Positions 41,752 to 54,982 of a DNA stretch of 64,000 nt are shown here, in pieces. The DNA lies in the NCBI GenBank assembly GCA_951406725.2, contig OX597814.1:127286001-127350000 (forward strand), given 5' to 3'. The stretch comes from Octopus vulgaris (taxonomy: Eukaryota). Within the stretch, counting starts at the first letter, position 1. Each line of letters begins with the position of its first letter. A program made the translations under genes and the position numbers. Below the pieces are notes generated by a model. That model was given only the letters and a program-made list of their open reading frames with translations, was not told the DNA's origin and ran no database searches.

Positions 41752-42991
41752 TGCCTTTGCACAGCTTTTAATGCTGGAGATGTACTACGGTGTCAGCTGT
41801 TCACTACCAGTGAACTAAGGTAACACCTCTTATTTTTCGAGCACCTTCCAGAGTATTTGAGCGGTTCCAAGCAGTGCTGTTTTCTGCAAGTGATCCACTC
41901 TTATTGCAGCCCCCATTTGTTCCATGTACTTCTCAAGATTTTTATTCACTGTTCCCAGGGCTCTGACAATTATTGGTACTACTACCACCTTTTCCATCAA
42001 CCACAATGCTAACCTTCCAAGCTAACTCGTCATATCTATCGACTTTTCCTTCTTCCTTATCACATACCTTGTTGTCAGCTAGGCATGCTCTATCTATGAT
42101 TGAGCATAGTTTGCTTTCTTTCTCAATTAAGACTATGTCTGGCTTCCTATTCTCTATCTCATGGTCACACTGAATCATAAAATCTCACAGGAACTTTGAA
42201 TTATCATTTTTGATGATGCCTTCAGGTTTGTGGATGTACCAATTTTTTGCTCTCTCAAGTCCATACTTGTTGCAAAGTGTCCAATGGACAAGCCTGGCTA
42301 TTTTGTCGTAGTGTCTCTTATATTCCTTCTGGGCTAGTGGCGTACATTGGCTTGTAATATGCCATATGGTTTCACCATTTTGTCCACAGATTCTGCACTT
42401 ATCACTTTCTGATGTTTTGTCTATTCTGTATTTTATGTAGTTTGTTCTTAGTGCTTGCTCTTGGGCAGCACAGATTAGAGCCTCTGTTTCCGGTTTTAAA
42501 TCACTTTTAGTCATCCACAGCCATCTTTTTTCTCTGCCTGTCTTATCTTCAACATCCCTATGAAATTGTCCACGCATTCTTTTCTTTACCCACCTATTTT
42601 CAGTTTCATTTGTTTTCAATTGCTTGTACAGTGCTTTATCTTTGCAATCTTTCCTCCTACGCAGACCCGACCTTCTTACTTCTAATTAATAGCGGTTCTG
42701 TGGCATTTTTTACATACCATGCTATGTTGTTTTCTTCTGCTCTAATGCTGTGTTCGCATCCAATAAGTCCTCTTCCCCCTCTTTTTCTTGGTACATACAG
42801 TCTGTGTCATTTTTTAGGTGGAGTGTCCCATATCTAGTTAGAAACTTCCTTGTCTTTCTGTATAAGCTGTTTAGTTTGTCTGCTGTCCATGTGATTACCC
42901 CTGCTCCATATCTAAGGAGTGAAACTGCCCAGGTGTTCATAGCTTCAATCTTATTCCGTCTGTTTAATTTCAACTTAAGGATAAGTCTCAG
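41752..42991 (-). mobile_element. 5'-truncated R4/Dong-clade non-LTR retrotransposon (RT C-term, CCHC knuckle, restriction-like endonuclease)
   Basis: ORF pieces AMNTWAVSLLRYGAG; MRGQF..ETEALICAAQEQAL; CRIC..ETIWHITSQC (CCHC); RHYDKIA; NRKPDIV (REL PD motif). (ATT)n tracts flank both ends, as expected for TAA-targeting Dong elements. Confidence 0.92.
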
Positions 42992-43321
42992 ATTATTATT
43001 ATTATTATCATTATTGTTATTATTGCTAGAAGTAATGGCTTCTGATTCAGACACAAGGACAGCAGTTTTAAGTGGTGGGTATTAGTTGAGTCCATCAACC
43101 ACAGAATTTCACTAGTACTTTATATTAGCCCCAAAGGATGAAAGGCAAAATTGACCTCAGTGGGATTTGAACTCAAAACATTACATTCTAAGTTCAAATT
43201 CTACTGTCAGGGAAAATGCTTCAGTTTTTAGCTGACTCCCTTTATGGTCTGAATTCAAATCTCATAGGCTGACTTTACTTTAGCCCTTCAAAATGATGTT
43301 CAACAATGTTATATATATATA

Positions 43322-43539
43322 TTGTGCCGGTGGCACGTAAATTGCACCAATCCGACCGTGGCCGTTGCCAGCCTCGCCTGGCACCTGTGCGGGTGGCATG
43401 TAAAAAGCACCCACTACACTCACAGAGTGGTTGGCGTTAGGAAGGGCATCCAGCTGTAGAAACATTGCCACATAAGACTGGAACCGTCCAACCCATGCTA
43501 GCATGGAGAACGGACGTTAAACGATGATGATGATGATGA

Positions 43540-43541
<2 letters not shown>
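43322..43541 (+). mobile_element. Young CpG-rich (GAT)n-tailed RTE-related short element
   Basis: gtgccggtggcacgtaa...gagtggttggcgttaggaagggcatccagctgtagaaac...aacggacgttaaac(gat)n. Confidence 0.8.
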
Positions 43542-43576
<35 letters not shown>

Positions 43577-43921
43577 GAGCAAAAGTCTATGTACACTGCC
43601 ATATGTATATATAAATATAGAAAATGGAACAAAAATGCAATAGAGGACAATAAAACATTTGGACAGACAGACGATATCTGTCTGGATGTATTATTGTCCT
43701 CTATTACGGTTTTGTTCCATTTTTTATATGTGTGTGTGTACACACAAACACACATTTAGTTCAAATATATTATAATCTAGTACTTAGCACTCAATTTCTC
43801 TAATTTTAATAATCTGACCTCTGCTTCCTTTCATTTAAAATGCATGTGAGAATGATTGCAATATACATATATGAAAGTACATTAGTATATATATACAAAC
43901 ATATATATATATATATATGCA

Positions 43922-43925
<4 letters not shown>

Positions 43926-44008
<83 letters not shown>
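43926..44008. repeat. (GA)n microsatellite
   Basis: Direct reading. It is the source of the spurious RE/SL ORFs. Confidence 0.97.
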
Positions 44009-44011
<3 letters not shown>

Positions 44012-45305
44012 GGAGACGTGGGTGTGTGGCAAAAAACTTGCTTTCCAACATGGTTATAGGTTCAGTCTCACTGTGTGGAATCTTGGGCATCTACTACAGC
44101 TTTGGGCTGTCAAAGCTTTTGAGTGGATTTACCAGATGGAAACTGAAAGAAGCCGACCATATACGAGGAGGTACCCAAAAGTAACCGGAAATGTTCTCTG
44201 TGGGGCAAGTCCATTGTAGTTCAGGCTTCTGCCACTAGAAATCACTACATGCAACTCTCAGACATCAGTCTGCTGACCAGTGTTGATGACTGAGGTTGTA
44301 CTGTCACATGGTGCATCTTTGTTTTGCAGTGCTTCTCCCCAGTTCGTTGATTTTAGTGATGGCTGAAACAAAAAGAACAGTGTGCTTCTATGAAATTCTG
44401 ATTTCTGCTGGAGAAAACAGAAACCAAAACAGTTGTCATGCTTCAAACAGTTTACAAGGAATGTTGCCATGAGCAAAACACAAGTTTATGAGCAATTTTC
44501 ACCCTTTAGGAATGGTCACTCGAAGACCAACCTCTTCCAGTGTGACTGTCAACCCACTGCACAAATGAAAACATTACAAAAATGCATGAACTGATGCTGG
44601 AGGACCGTCACCAAACAATTGATGAACTTGATATGAATGGTGTGTCTTGGAGCTCCTGCCAACAAATTTTGAGAAAGGAATTGCAAATGAAAAAGAGTTA
44701 CAGCAAAATTTGTGCCTCATTTGCTCACGGAAGATCAAAAGCAGTCATGACTGAATGTGTGATCCCACTTACCCACCCTTCCTATTCCACCGATCTTGCT
44801 CCCTGCAACTTTTTTTTTGTTTCCCCAAATGAAAAACTTCTTACAGGAAAACGTTTTGCAGATGTGGAAGAGGTAAAGAAAAAACAACGGAGGCATTAAA
44901 AGGCATCACTTTGCAGAGTTCTAGGACTTCTTCGAACAGTGGAAAATGGATCTAGATAGATGCATTGCTTCAAATGAAGAATACTTTGAAGGCAATAAAA
45001 GTGTAAACATGTAAAAGTGAATAAAATAATATTGCAAAATTCTGGTTTCTTTTGGATACCCCCCTTGTATACATATATATATATCTGTATGTGTGTGTCT
45101 TTGTGGTTGTCCCTCATCACTACTTGACAACTGATGTTGGTGTATTTACGTTCTTGTAACTTAGTGGTTCAGCAAAGGAGTAAAACTGAATAAGTACCAG
45201 GTTTTAAAAAAATAAGTACTGGGGTCAATTCATTCAACTAAATTTCTTCAAGGCAGTGCCCCAGCATGGCTGCAGTCTAATGACTGAAACCAGTAAAAGA
45301 CAAAA
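44007..45305 (+). mobile_element. tRNA-derived SINE split by a mariner insertion
   Basis: Head at 44007-44161 (ggttcagtctc B box). The body resumes after 45069 with a TA/TG tract and a 3' part ending gactgaaaccagtaaaaga. Confidence 0.65.
44164..45067 (+). mobile_element. Internally deleted mariner (DD34D-type) transposon
   Basis: TA TSD. TIRs cgaggaggtacccaaaagtaaccggaa / ttctggtttcttttggatacccccc-ttg. Transposase pieces AMSKTQVYE, AKFVPHLLTEDQK and HPSYSTDLAPCNFF. Confidence 0.9.
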
Positions 45306-45309
45306 GATA

Positions 45310-45398
45310 TATATACACAAGAATGTGTGTGTGTGTGTATATATGCACACAAAAATGTACATATATATATATATATGCACACAAAAATATACATATAC

Positions 45399-45431
<33 letters not shown>

Positions 45432-45453
45432 AAGATATGCACACAAAAATGTG

Positions 45454-45501
<48 letters not shown>

Positions 45502-45545
45502 TATGTATACACACAAATACATGTTAAAAATATACATGTATATAC
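45310..45545. repeat. TA/CA low-complexity tract with repeated gcacacaaaaat subunit
   Basis: Direct reading of the sequence. Confidence 0.85.
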
Positions 45546-45549
45546 ATGA

Positions 45550-45810
45550 AGGCATGAGGCCTAGAAGTTAAGGTGTTGCACTCACAATCACTAGATTGTG
45601 AATTCGATTCCTAGACTGGGCAGTGCATTGTGTTCTTGAGTAAAAACACTTCATTTCAAGTTGCTCCAGTCTCCCTTTCAATCAGTGGGGAATGTTGGCC
45701 TGCTTGCCAAGCCAGTGGGGTCACGTCATTCGAAGGCTAAAACGATGCAAAGAACATTGTGCCCAGCAATGTGTAACATCTGACAGTCTGGTCAATCACA
45801 TGATCACATA
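45550..45810 (+). mobile_element. tRNA-derived SINE (second family)
   Basis: gaggcctagaagttaagg...gaattcgattcc head. Homologous to 24540-24895. Confidence 0.65.
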
Positions 45811-45839
45811 CATACTTACACATAAGTATACATATATAC

Positions 45840-45877
<38 letters not shown>

Positions 45878-47879
45878 TTGTGCATATACCCCCCCTCCAC
45901 ACACATATACATATCTTTATCATCATCATTTTAATGCTCACTTTTTGATGTTGCATGGTTCAGATGGAGTTTATTAAGGCAGATTTTCTGTAGTCAGATG
46001 CCTATCCAGCTGCCAAGCTTAGTGTGTTTTCATGCAAAGTAATATTTCCCCATGTTCAAATATCACAAAATATTGGAAATGAAAGATACTGCATGTATGA
46101 CAGTGACACTCATTTACAGGCAATGTCAAGACAAGGAGACACAAACACATACATAAGCACACATGCACGTACATATGATGGGCTTCTTTCAGTTTCCATC
46201 AATTAAACCAATCACAAGGCTTGTCCATATATACATACATATATATATATATATCCATTAATTTTTTGCTAGTTTATTTTGTCTTTTTGTCTTCTCTCCT
46301 GGTGCTGTATGAAATTTTTAATGTGGTTTTAGAGTCAAATTTTGGCTACCATTTCAAGCGTGGTGGTATCTCTTAGATACCCTAAATTATAATTTTAATA
46401 ATAATTATTACCTTTGAAGGTTTTTATTCCCATGCTTGCCACTTGATAAGTTCAATATTTAAATAATGATCTTATCCTTATTTATATAAATATATGAACA
46501 TAAATACATATACATGTATGTATATACTTATATATACATATATTTGAAAAGTGTGTTCTTTTTCTCTCAAGTTCTTTAATAACTGATTTTATGGAGGTAA
46601 TGGAACACAAAAAAAAAAAAAAAAATTGATAAGTAATTCTCAAATGCCTATATCTATTCCTGAAAACAGACTCGTGAAACTAGGCAAATCTGTATTTTCA
46701 TCAGTAGAATATACTTTCAGTAAAGCTGATGGAATTGTATATCTAAAATATACATTGAAATATCAAAATAATTTTGCTAACAGTAAAATTTAAAATACAG
46801 CAAGTAATGAGTCATATTTACTTGATATAAATCTGGAAATTAAGAAGCTGCACTGAAGTACAGAAATTGCTTTTGATAAAATTATTTTGTATAAAAGACA
46901 CAGACAACCTAATTCATAAAATAAAAGAGATTATGCAGCTATCATTAAATATTTTTATGTTTTTAATAGGTAAAATGTCGTCAATGGTTGAATTTAAATA
47001 TATTGTTTCATCTATTTGGAACATTGATACGTTAAGGAAAATATAAGGTTTTATCACTAAAATGATTTGAAAACTAAGGACTGACTAAATTTTTTACACT
47101 TTCCCTTGAAAATGGCAGCAGAGCAAGTTGATACATAGACATTACACACACACACAATAGTGTGTATGTGTACACACAGATACAAGCCCAGAGGAAATTT
47201 TTGAATTGGATGAAAATGACCCCAAGCAGAACTATAAAAGGAAAGTACTAAAATATGAAGAATTGTCACAAGGGTTGAGGGGGATGAGAGAGAGAGAAGG
47301 GGAGAGAGAAAGAGAAAAGGAAGGAGTGTGTGGTTGTGCGTGTGTTTGTGTGTGAAGTGGGAGGTTCAAAGAATGAAACAACGGTTGCAGTAGTTTCCAT
47401 TTACGATGAGTTTAAATATCTCAGAGAAAAAATGATAATGTATGAAATTTATCTTAGTCGATCAAGGTACAATTATTATCATGGGGCTGATTTACTCTAC
47501 TAACGCCTTATCCCGTCAAATTTGTGGATTTCTACCTATGTTGAAAATTACCACCAACACCACCACCATTACCATTAACACTACTACTATTACTACTACT
47601 ATTATTATGTAATTAACTATATCATCATCTCCCAAATATGAAACCTTTTAACAATGTAAGAAATTATTATTAAGACAAGATGCAGGAAATTTTGGAGTGA
47701 GAGAAGAGCTGATTGTCTATCTTGGTAAAAGAAATTTATGAAGCTATGGAGGAAAGAAGCAGTTGTTGCATTATACAGTATCATGACAGCTAAGAGATAA
47801 GGAAACTAAGCAGCCAATGGAGGGAATTAGCTTTCCTCTATCGAACAATGGCAATTGGTATGCAACTGCATGACACGTC

Positions 47880-47927
47880 GGAAGTAAAATGCTTTGGGAA
47901 CAACTGTTCCCAAAGCATTTTATTTCC
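47880..47927. repeat. Near-perfect palindrome (18-bp perfect core, 23-bp arms)
   Basis: ggaag-taaaatgctttgggaaca-ac-tgttcccaaagcatttta-tttcc. Confidence 0.95.
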
Positions 47928-49479
47928 ACTAATATCATTGAAAAGCTATTTTGTAAAACAAAAAAAAAGAAAATTTATAGAATGTGACATGAGTAGGTAT
48001 TTGTAAGAATAACAGAAATAAATGAGTTTAAGTGAAAGAAAATATAATCTTTTACTACTGGAAGAATTTTGGCTTTATTATATTATACACATTAATGGTT
48101 TTGCTTTGGCAAATATTAACACTATAGGTGGGGTTTTTTTTTGTATCGGAAAATGGAAAACTTCCATCTATACATGTATATTTAGTCAAACACATGAAGA
48201 CATACATACGGTCACAAAAATCATACATATAGTTACTATAACATACAAACATATAGGCAAGCACACAAGGAACTGGTGCTGCAATGTCGATCCGATTAGA
48301 TAGCAGTCTCCATATTGAATACGTAAATAGCAAGAGAAAAATGTAGGTATAATTTATGAAAATTGAGGGTTACAACTTATGGAAAATGATCACACAGGTC
48401 TTAACATCCAAAGTCGTTACCCACATCCACCCCATTCTCTGCCTTACTTCCCTCAGATATGCCATCATTCAGCAGTAGAGACAATTCATAAAACATAGCA
48501 TCAGTCTCAATTTCAGTTAGTGTTCTTCAGTGACAGAGTTGTCATCAAAGTGAAAACCCAAGACAGATGGTAGCAGGAGTCAACTACAATCAGCATTTAT
48601 ACTCATACACTGCACATAATTTACTAGAGTTAAATGTCCGTTCTCGGTTCAAATAACATCAGCATTTGTAAAACAAATGACTGGAATATAGTCAATGGAA
48701 ATTATTTCCTTCCTTCACAACTGGCCTTGAGCACTACTACTATTTCTATTACTGGAAAAACGCAATGACCTATTGGATTCAAGAAAAAAACCTTGCAACA
48801 GAAAGTTTTTCTTTCTCTTTCTATATACATGTGGGGGTGTGTGTACACAAACACACACACACACACGCACACAAACACACAAGTGATCATCACTGTAATT
48901 ATCATTTAATATGTTTTCCATGCTGACATGAGGTGGATGATTTGACATACTGGACGATTATGTCTCAGTTTTGGCATGGTTTTTATGGCTGGATGCCCTT
49001 AGTACCAAACACTTTACAGAATGACCACTTTATAGGTGCATTTTTCATGGCGTTGGTACTACAGATTATGATTTTCTCTCACCAACACTAAAACGCTCTC
49101 TGAAGTCCTACATTATCACTGATCAATTCAATTTACAAACAACTAAGAGAACAGTGAATGTGTTTCTTTTGTTTTGTAGATCACAAAGCAAAAGACAATC
49201 TCTATAAATGAATGAGAAGCAGTTACAGTATGTAAAAAGAAGTTAGGAGTTGTGGGATGGAAGTGGAGGAGACACAAAAGAGAGAAAGAAGAGTAATGTC
49301 ACAGATTAGTGTAGAACTGTTAAGGCAATGCAATGTGTTGAGTAGAAGGCACCATATATATATATTTAGAGAGTCAGAGACAGACAATAAATGCATAGCT
49401 ATATATGTATTTATATGCATATAACAATAATTGTATACATATACATAACAGAATTAATATTCTAAAACCAAGGAGCCAC

Positions 49480-49680
49480 ATAAATAGCATTGGTGTGGGC
49501 GCTGGTGTCATGTAAAAAGTACCTGTTACACTCTGCAAAGTGGTTGGCATTAGGAAGGTCATCCAGCTCTAGAGACCAAACTAAAACAGTCTAAGGAACC
49601 TGGTGCTGTCTCTGGCCTTGCCAATTCCCATGAAGCTGTCCAACCCATGCCAGCATAGAAAACATACATTAAATGTTGAT
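49480..49680 (+). mobile_element. (GAT)n-tailed RTE-related repeat
   Basis: gtggttggcattaggaagg...ccaacccatgccagcat. An oppositely oriented copy lies at 48900-49060. Confidence 0.7.
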
Positions 49681-49698
49681 CACACACACACACACATA

Positions 49699-50538
49699 AA
49701 AAAGGGACAAAATAATGGCAACATCATTTATTATTTAACTAATTTTTTTCTGTTGGTAATATGACAAATTCAAAACTGTTCTAGTCTATGTATTGTGTAT
49801 GCCCTCTTCATGATATAACCCTATTTTTAATAATTTTTTTTTGCGAGCATTTATATTTATATCAATTAAAATGTGTGGCCTATCTGATTTCCAGAGAGGA
49901 CAAATTGTTGGAGCATGGATGGTTAGGGCATCGGCCACTAAATCTCTTTTCTTCCATTTTGAGGCAAGTTTATGCCTGGAGAAAAGAAGCCTTCAACTCT
50001 GACTGTTTGACTACAAAGCATGAAGGTGGCTCTGTGATGATTTGGGCAACCAGGTTACGAAATTCTCTTGACCTTTTTACTTGTTCTACATGGCAGAGTT
50101 AATGTCAAGGATTATCTGAATATTTTGGCTGAACAATTTTATTCTATGGTAAATATTATTCCCTGATGATAGTGCAGTCTCCCAAGATGATAATGTACTG
50201 CTTCACATAGCTAACGTTATTCAATATTGGTATGAAGAGGACAAAAGTAAATCACTTGGGCTAGGCCTCACAATCACCAAATCTGAATGTAATTGAATAT
50301 TTATGGTGCATTATAGAGGGGCAATTGAGAAACTGCTTCCTCCAAGATCAATGCTGAAAGAGCTAAAGCAGATTTTACTTGAAGAATGGTTCAGAATTCC
50401 ACTAACAACCTTCCAGAACCAGTACTTGTCAATTCCTCAATGTATTAAAGGTGTGATTGATGCCAAAAGTGGACCAACTCCATGCTGAATAATAAAATTT
50501 CTTTTTAAAAAAGTGTTTCCAATATTTTGTTCAAATAC
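49699..50538 (+). mobile_element. Degenerate, deleted Tc1 (DD34E) transposon
   Basis: Motifs WRKEAFNSDCL..KHEGGSVMIW, QDDN, QSPNLNVIEYLW and SIPQCIKGVIDAKSGPT. Decayed TIRs ggacaaaataatggcaaca / tgtttccaatattttgttc. Confidence 0.85.
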
Positions 50539-50561
50539 AAAAATTTATGTACATATGTATT

Positions 50562-50637
<76 letters not shown>

Positions 50638-52723
50638 TACACGTATAAGTATATAAATGCATATACATATATCTTTATACAATACAGCATAAAAATAAAA
50701 AAGAATTATATGTCTTCAAAATGTATTTATTAATGCATTATTCTCATCAAATTTCAATCTGACATATGTTTCTGTTGGATAAGTGTCCTAATGTCCTTTG
50801 ATGTAGCAGTAACATGCACTTAGTTGATTTAAATTTAAATCAGTTGTAATACATATTCATCCAAGGTAGACATTCGTATGAAGGTCTGTTCAAGGTTTTA
50901 CCCACACAGCTGGGTGAAATAAATTGAAGATTCAAGTATTGGATATTCCTTAAAGTATATTCTAGGAGAGGAACCTTAAAACCTCAGTGTACAAGAAAGT
51001 AGAGTTTTCACTGAACTATAGTGACTATAGTTCTGATATCACTTAAGCTTAAAATGATCTTTTTAGATATTAAGGGAATAAATTAATTTTATACACTTAG
51101 TAAAAGAAAAACCTTTAATTAGGTTGTGATGCACCTAATACAACTGACCACTCATAATGAGGGCAATATAATACAATATAAAATAGAGAGATTTAAAGGG
51201 AACTGAAAGAAAGAGGAAATAAATATCGTTTTAACTGGGTAATCAGACCAGTTCATAACAATAAAGTTTTATGTTTTTCTGAATATTAGAAGTCTTGTAT
51301 TAATTGATATGAATAAAGTGAATTGAAATTCTAATCGTACTTTGTCTCAGTTCACACACAAACAAAACAAAGCAATAGACTAGGACAGTGAGGCTTAGTT
51401 CAAATTTTAAAAAATCTAAAATAAGTTTGCTATGATCTGACTAGGTTAATTTATGTGCCGTTTTATCTACATGATTTCTAATTAAAATCCCTTATTTGTG
51501 CACATTTTACTGTTAATTTGTTTCTGCAATTTAATAACCTGCAATTAGAGGAAAGGATATGGAATACTTCTTTCAAGCAGAGATTACCTTTCTAATTCCC
51601 AGTAGTGTACAGTAAAGCCCTACTAATAATTGACAATTTAATATCATATTTAGGGTTCTTATCCTTTAAAGTCCAGATGAACCCACTCAAACTTGTACAA
51701 TTATACTTTCCCAATTTTTGAAAGAAGAAAGGTGGTTAGATAATCTTTGCTTAAAGTTAGTAGAACATGAAGCTGTCACTAACTGTACATTTGTAAACTA
51801 GGTTTTTCTGAGGCATTACTCTTCATGTGGACATACTAATTTGCTCTTACAGTTACAATCATGCTTATTAACATTAACCCTATGCTTGCTATTGGCAGAA
51901 GTATTATGTGCTCTGTCTATATCATTATGTACCACTATGAAAAGTATTGGTTTCACTATCAATTAAATAGTTGTACTATAGGATTCCTTACTTGATTCAT
52001 TTAATTCATGTGTGGTTTGGGCTTAGTTACCTCTCTTATACTAGCTTCTGTAGGTTTGCTATTGTTTCCACTATTACTACTACCCAAACAGACGCTCATT
52101 ATTCCACTAGAATCATTCATAATATGTTCTACCTTATCCATACAGTTATTATTATTACAAGCCATATTATCACTATTTGTATTCTATTTTTTGTGTTTAC
52201 TAGGTTCCTACGAGTGAATTCTCTAATTTTCTTAAAATTGTGTGCTGGTATAATTTGGGTTAGGTTCCTAGTTGTCAAAAAGGAAAACCTAAGTGTGTAC
52301 TGGCATGAAATCTGATTATATTTGCAGGTTGTGGTTTTCTAAGTCTCAAAGACTGTACTATACCATAATATATGTCTAGACCTTGCTTTTCTATTGGTGG
52401 GGTGGTCACAGTTTTTGTTAACCTAATTTTTATGTCTTTTGTATGATTTAAAAAAAAATCTATTAACCTGTTTATTAAGGAGTTTACTTAAATTTATATT
52501 GTTATCCATTAGGAAACTATTTATATTGTGATGTTTGGCATGCTAACAGGAAATCTCATTTTCCTTGTCATGGTCTTTTTGTTTTATGTGAACTAGAACC
52601 TTGAACAAAACTGCAGAGCAATGTCTACTTTAGATGAATATGCACGACAAGATTTATATTTAAATCAACAAAATGCACATAACTGCTACATCAAAAGACA
52701 TTACGACACTTATTCAGCAGAAA

Positions 52724-52952
52724 CGTCGAGCTGGCAGAAACATTAGCACGCCGGGTGAAATGCGTAGCCGTATTTCGTCTGTCGTTACGTTCCAAGTTCA
52801 AATTCCGCCGAGGTCAACTTTGCCTTTCATCCTTTTGGGGTCGATAAATTAAGTACCAGTTACGCACTGGGATCGATGTAATCGACTTAATCCCTTTGTC
52901 TGTCCTTGTTTGTCCCCTCTGTGTTTAGACCCTTGTGGGTAGTAAAGAAATA
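52724..52952 (+). mobile_element. Young tRNA-derived SINE with 13-bp TSD
   Basis: CpG-rich body with B box gttcaaattcc. TSD tattcagcagaaa at 52711-52723 and 52953-52965. Confidence 0.9.
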
Positions 52953-53229
52953 TATTCAGCAGAAAAGTGTTGAATCAGAATTTGATGAGAATAATGCATT
53001 AATAAATAAATTTTGAAGATATATAATTCTCCACTCTTCTTTACGTTTTGATTATATATTGTGTAGGCTGTATGAAATCCAATGAAGCATACTTGGGATT
53101 TACCTACAGAATGAAGTACCATTCCATTGATTATCTTAAACAATTCTGTATTCTGTAACAGCTTGATGTATTGGTAAATAGTCAAAAGCATTGGAGAGCA
53201 TACAAATTGAAGTGGTAGTTGAGAAAAAG

Positions 53230-53927
53230 TTAGCTGACAAGGAGGACTGGAAGCCATCTGAATATTGGGAAAAAGTTACCTGTATTATGATGGTTTGCAC
53301 TGGGTGTGAAAACGCCGACACCATGACTGCTGCTCAATGACCTGTGAATACCATAAAGGCTATAAGACACAACACAGACAACTGCAACAGAAACTATGAA
53401 GTCATGGCCAACAGGAAGGGACACAGCAGGTGTTCTGACTGTGTTTGCATGCTATATTTCATTTGATAACTGCAGGACAAAGCCTTAGGCTAATTTCAGA
53501 TGGCTATGTGAAGCTACTGGAAACTATGGTCAAAACCTGGTTGGAGAGGGTTACTAATAGAAAGCCATGTGTGTGGCAGTAGGATTTGGTTTTCAGAAGT
53601 AGTTGTTAGAGAATTTCTATGACTTCATCAGCCACAATTTCTGTCTTCTTAATTCGCCTGGGTTGTAATCCCATCAACTGCATTGTTTGCAATACCAAAG
53701 CTAAGCTGTAGCCAAGATTAAGGAGTTCTTAAAAGATCTTCCTAGTGACATGGAGAGGAACACAGACACCAGGTTCTAGAACCATTCTGAGGCTGTGGTG
53801 GAAGCTGAGTGTGGTTACTTAGCATAAATTGTTATCTGTGAGCCATAATCCAGTTGATATTTTTGGATGGGATATTGTACTTCCTTTTCCTTTTATGCAA
53901 GCTGTTAAATTTAATCTGAACACCCTG
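53230..53927 (+). mobile_element. Old maT/DD37D-like mariner fragment
   Basis: Degenerate VWQ*D and NSPGCNPI motifs. Right end ...aacaccctg-ta. Left boundary uncertain. Confidence 0.55.
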
Positions 53928-54196
53928 TATATATGTATGTGCATGTAGATATATAAATATATATTTCTATCTACATATGTACGACATATATATATGTATA
54001 TACACATCATCATCAATGTTATAGAAGCAGATTTTCTATGATGGGGACAACCAATCTTCACCCATTTACAGTCAAGGTAATATTCCTCATGTCTGAAACA
54101 GGTTCTCACAATATATTGGAAATAAATGACACTGCTCCCATTAAGTGACATACAAGACAAGGAGATAAAATACACACATATACATACACACACATC

Positions 54197-54950
54197 AGTA
54201 TCATCGTTTAACATCCGCTTTCCATGCTAGCATGTGTTGGACGATTTGACTAAGGTCCGGCGAACCAGATGGCTGCACCAGACTCCAATCTGATCTGGCA
54301 GAGTTTCTACAGCTGGATGCACTTCCTAACGCCATATATGCATACATGTGTGTGCGTATATATATATATATGCATACATGTATATATACCTATATACACA
54401 CATCTATATATACACACATATAAACACATGCATACATATACACACATATATACAAATACTACACTGTAAAGTGATTGGCATTAGGAAGGCCATCCAGTCA
54501 TGGAAACCATACCAAAGCAAACACTAGAGTACAATGTTGTCCTTGAACCCACTGGATTCTCTCACACTGTCCAATCCATGCTAGCAAGCAACATGAACAT
54601 TAAATCTGAGATATATATATATCATCATCATCATTTAACGTCCATTTTCCATGCTGGTATGTGTTGGACAGTTTGATTGAAAACTGGTAAGCTATGGAGC
54701 TGCCCCATGTTCCAGTCTGAGTTGGCATGGTTTCTACAGCTGGATACCCTTCCTAACACTAACCACTCCAAAAGTTTAGTGGGTGCTTTTTACATGCCAC
54801 TGGCATGGGTACCAGTAACAGAACATCAGCACTGGTTATGACTATGATCTCAGTTGCTTGACAGGTCTTCTCAAGCATGATACATTGCCAAAGATCTCGG
54901 TCACTTGTCACTGTCTCTGTGAAACCCACAGCTTGAAGGGTACTTTTTAA
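54197..54950. mobile_element. Cluster of (GAT)n-tailed RTE-related repeats in both orientations
   Basis: Copies at about 54197-54330 (-), 54460-54610 (+) and 54620-54950 (-). Confidence 0.7.
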
Positions 54951-54982
54951 TAATTATAATAATGATTATTAATAATAATAAT

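Noticed and set aside
43806-44219. ORFs with RE/SL dipeptide runs
   Set aside because: They are translations of the (GA)n microsatellite and a SINE head.
45234-45571. Stack of overlapping Y/I/C/H-rich ORFs
   Set aside because: They come from a TA/CA low-complexity tract that lacks stop codons.
51013-51033. 10-bp-arm palindrome gaactatagt-g-actatagttc
   Set aside because: It is short enough to arise by chance in 64 kb of AT-rich DNA.
51971-52315. 114-aa hydrophobic ORF resembling a membrane protein
   Set aside because: T-rich composition explains the hydrophobicity. No family motif. It is more likely the antisense of a decayed A-rich element.
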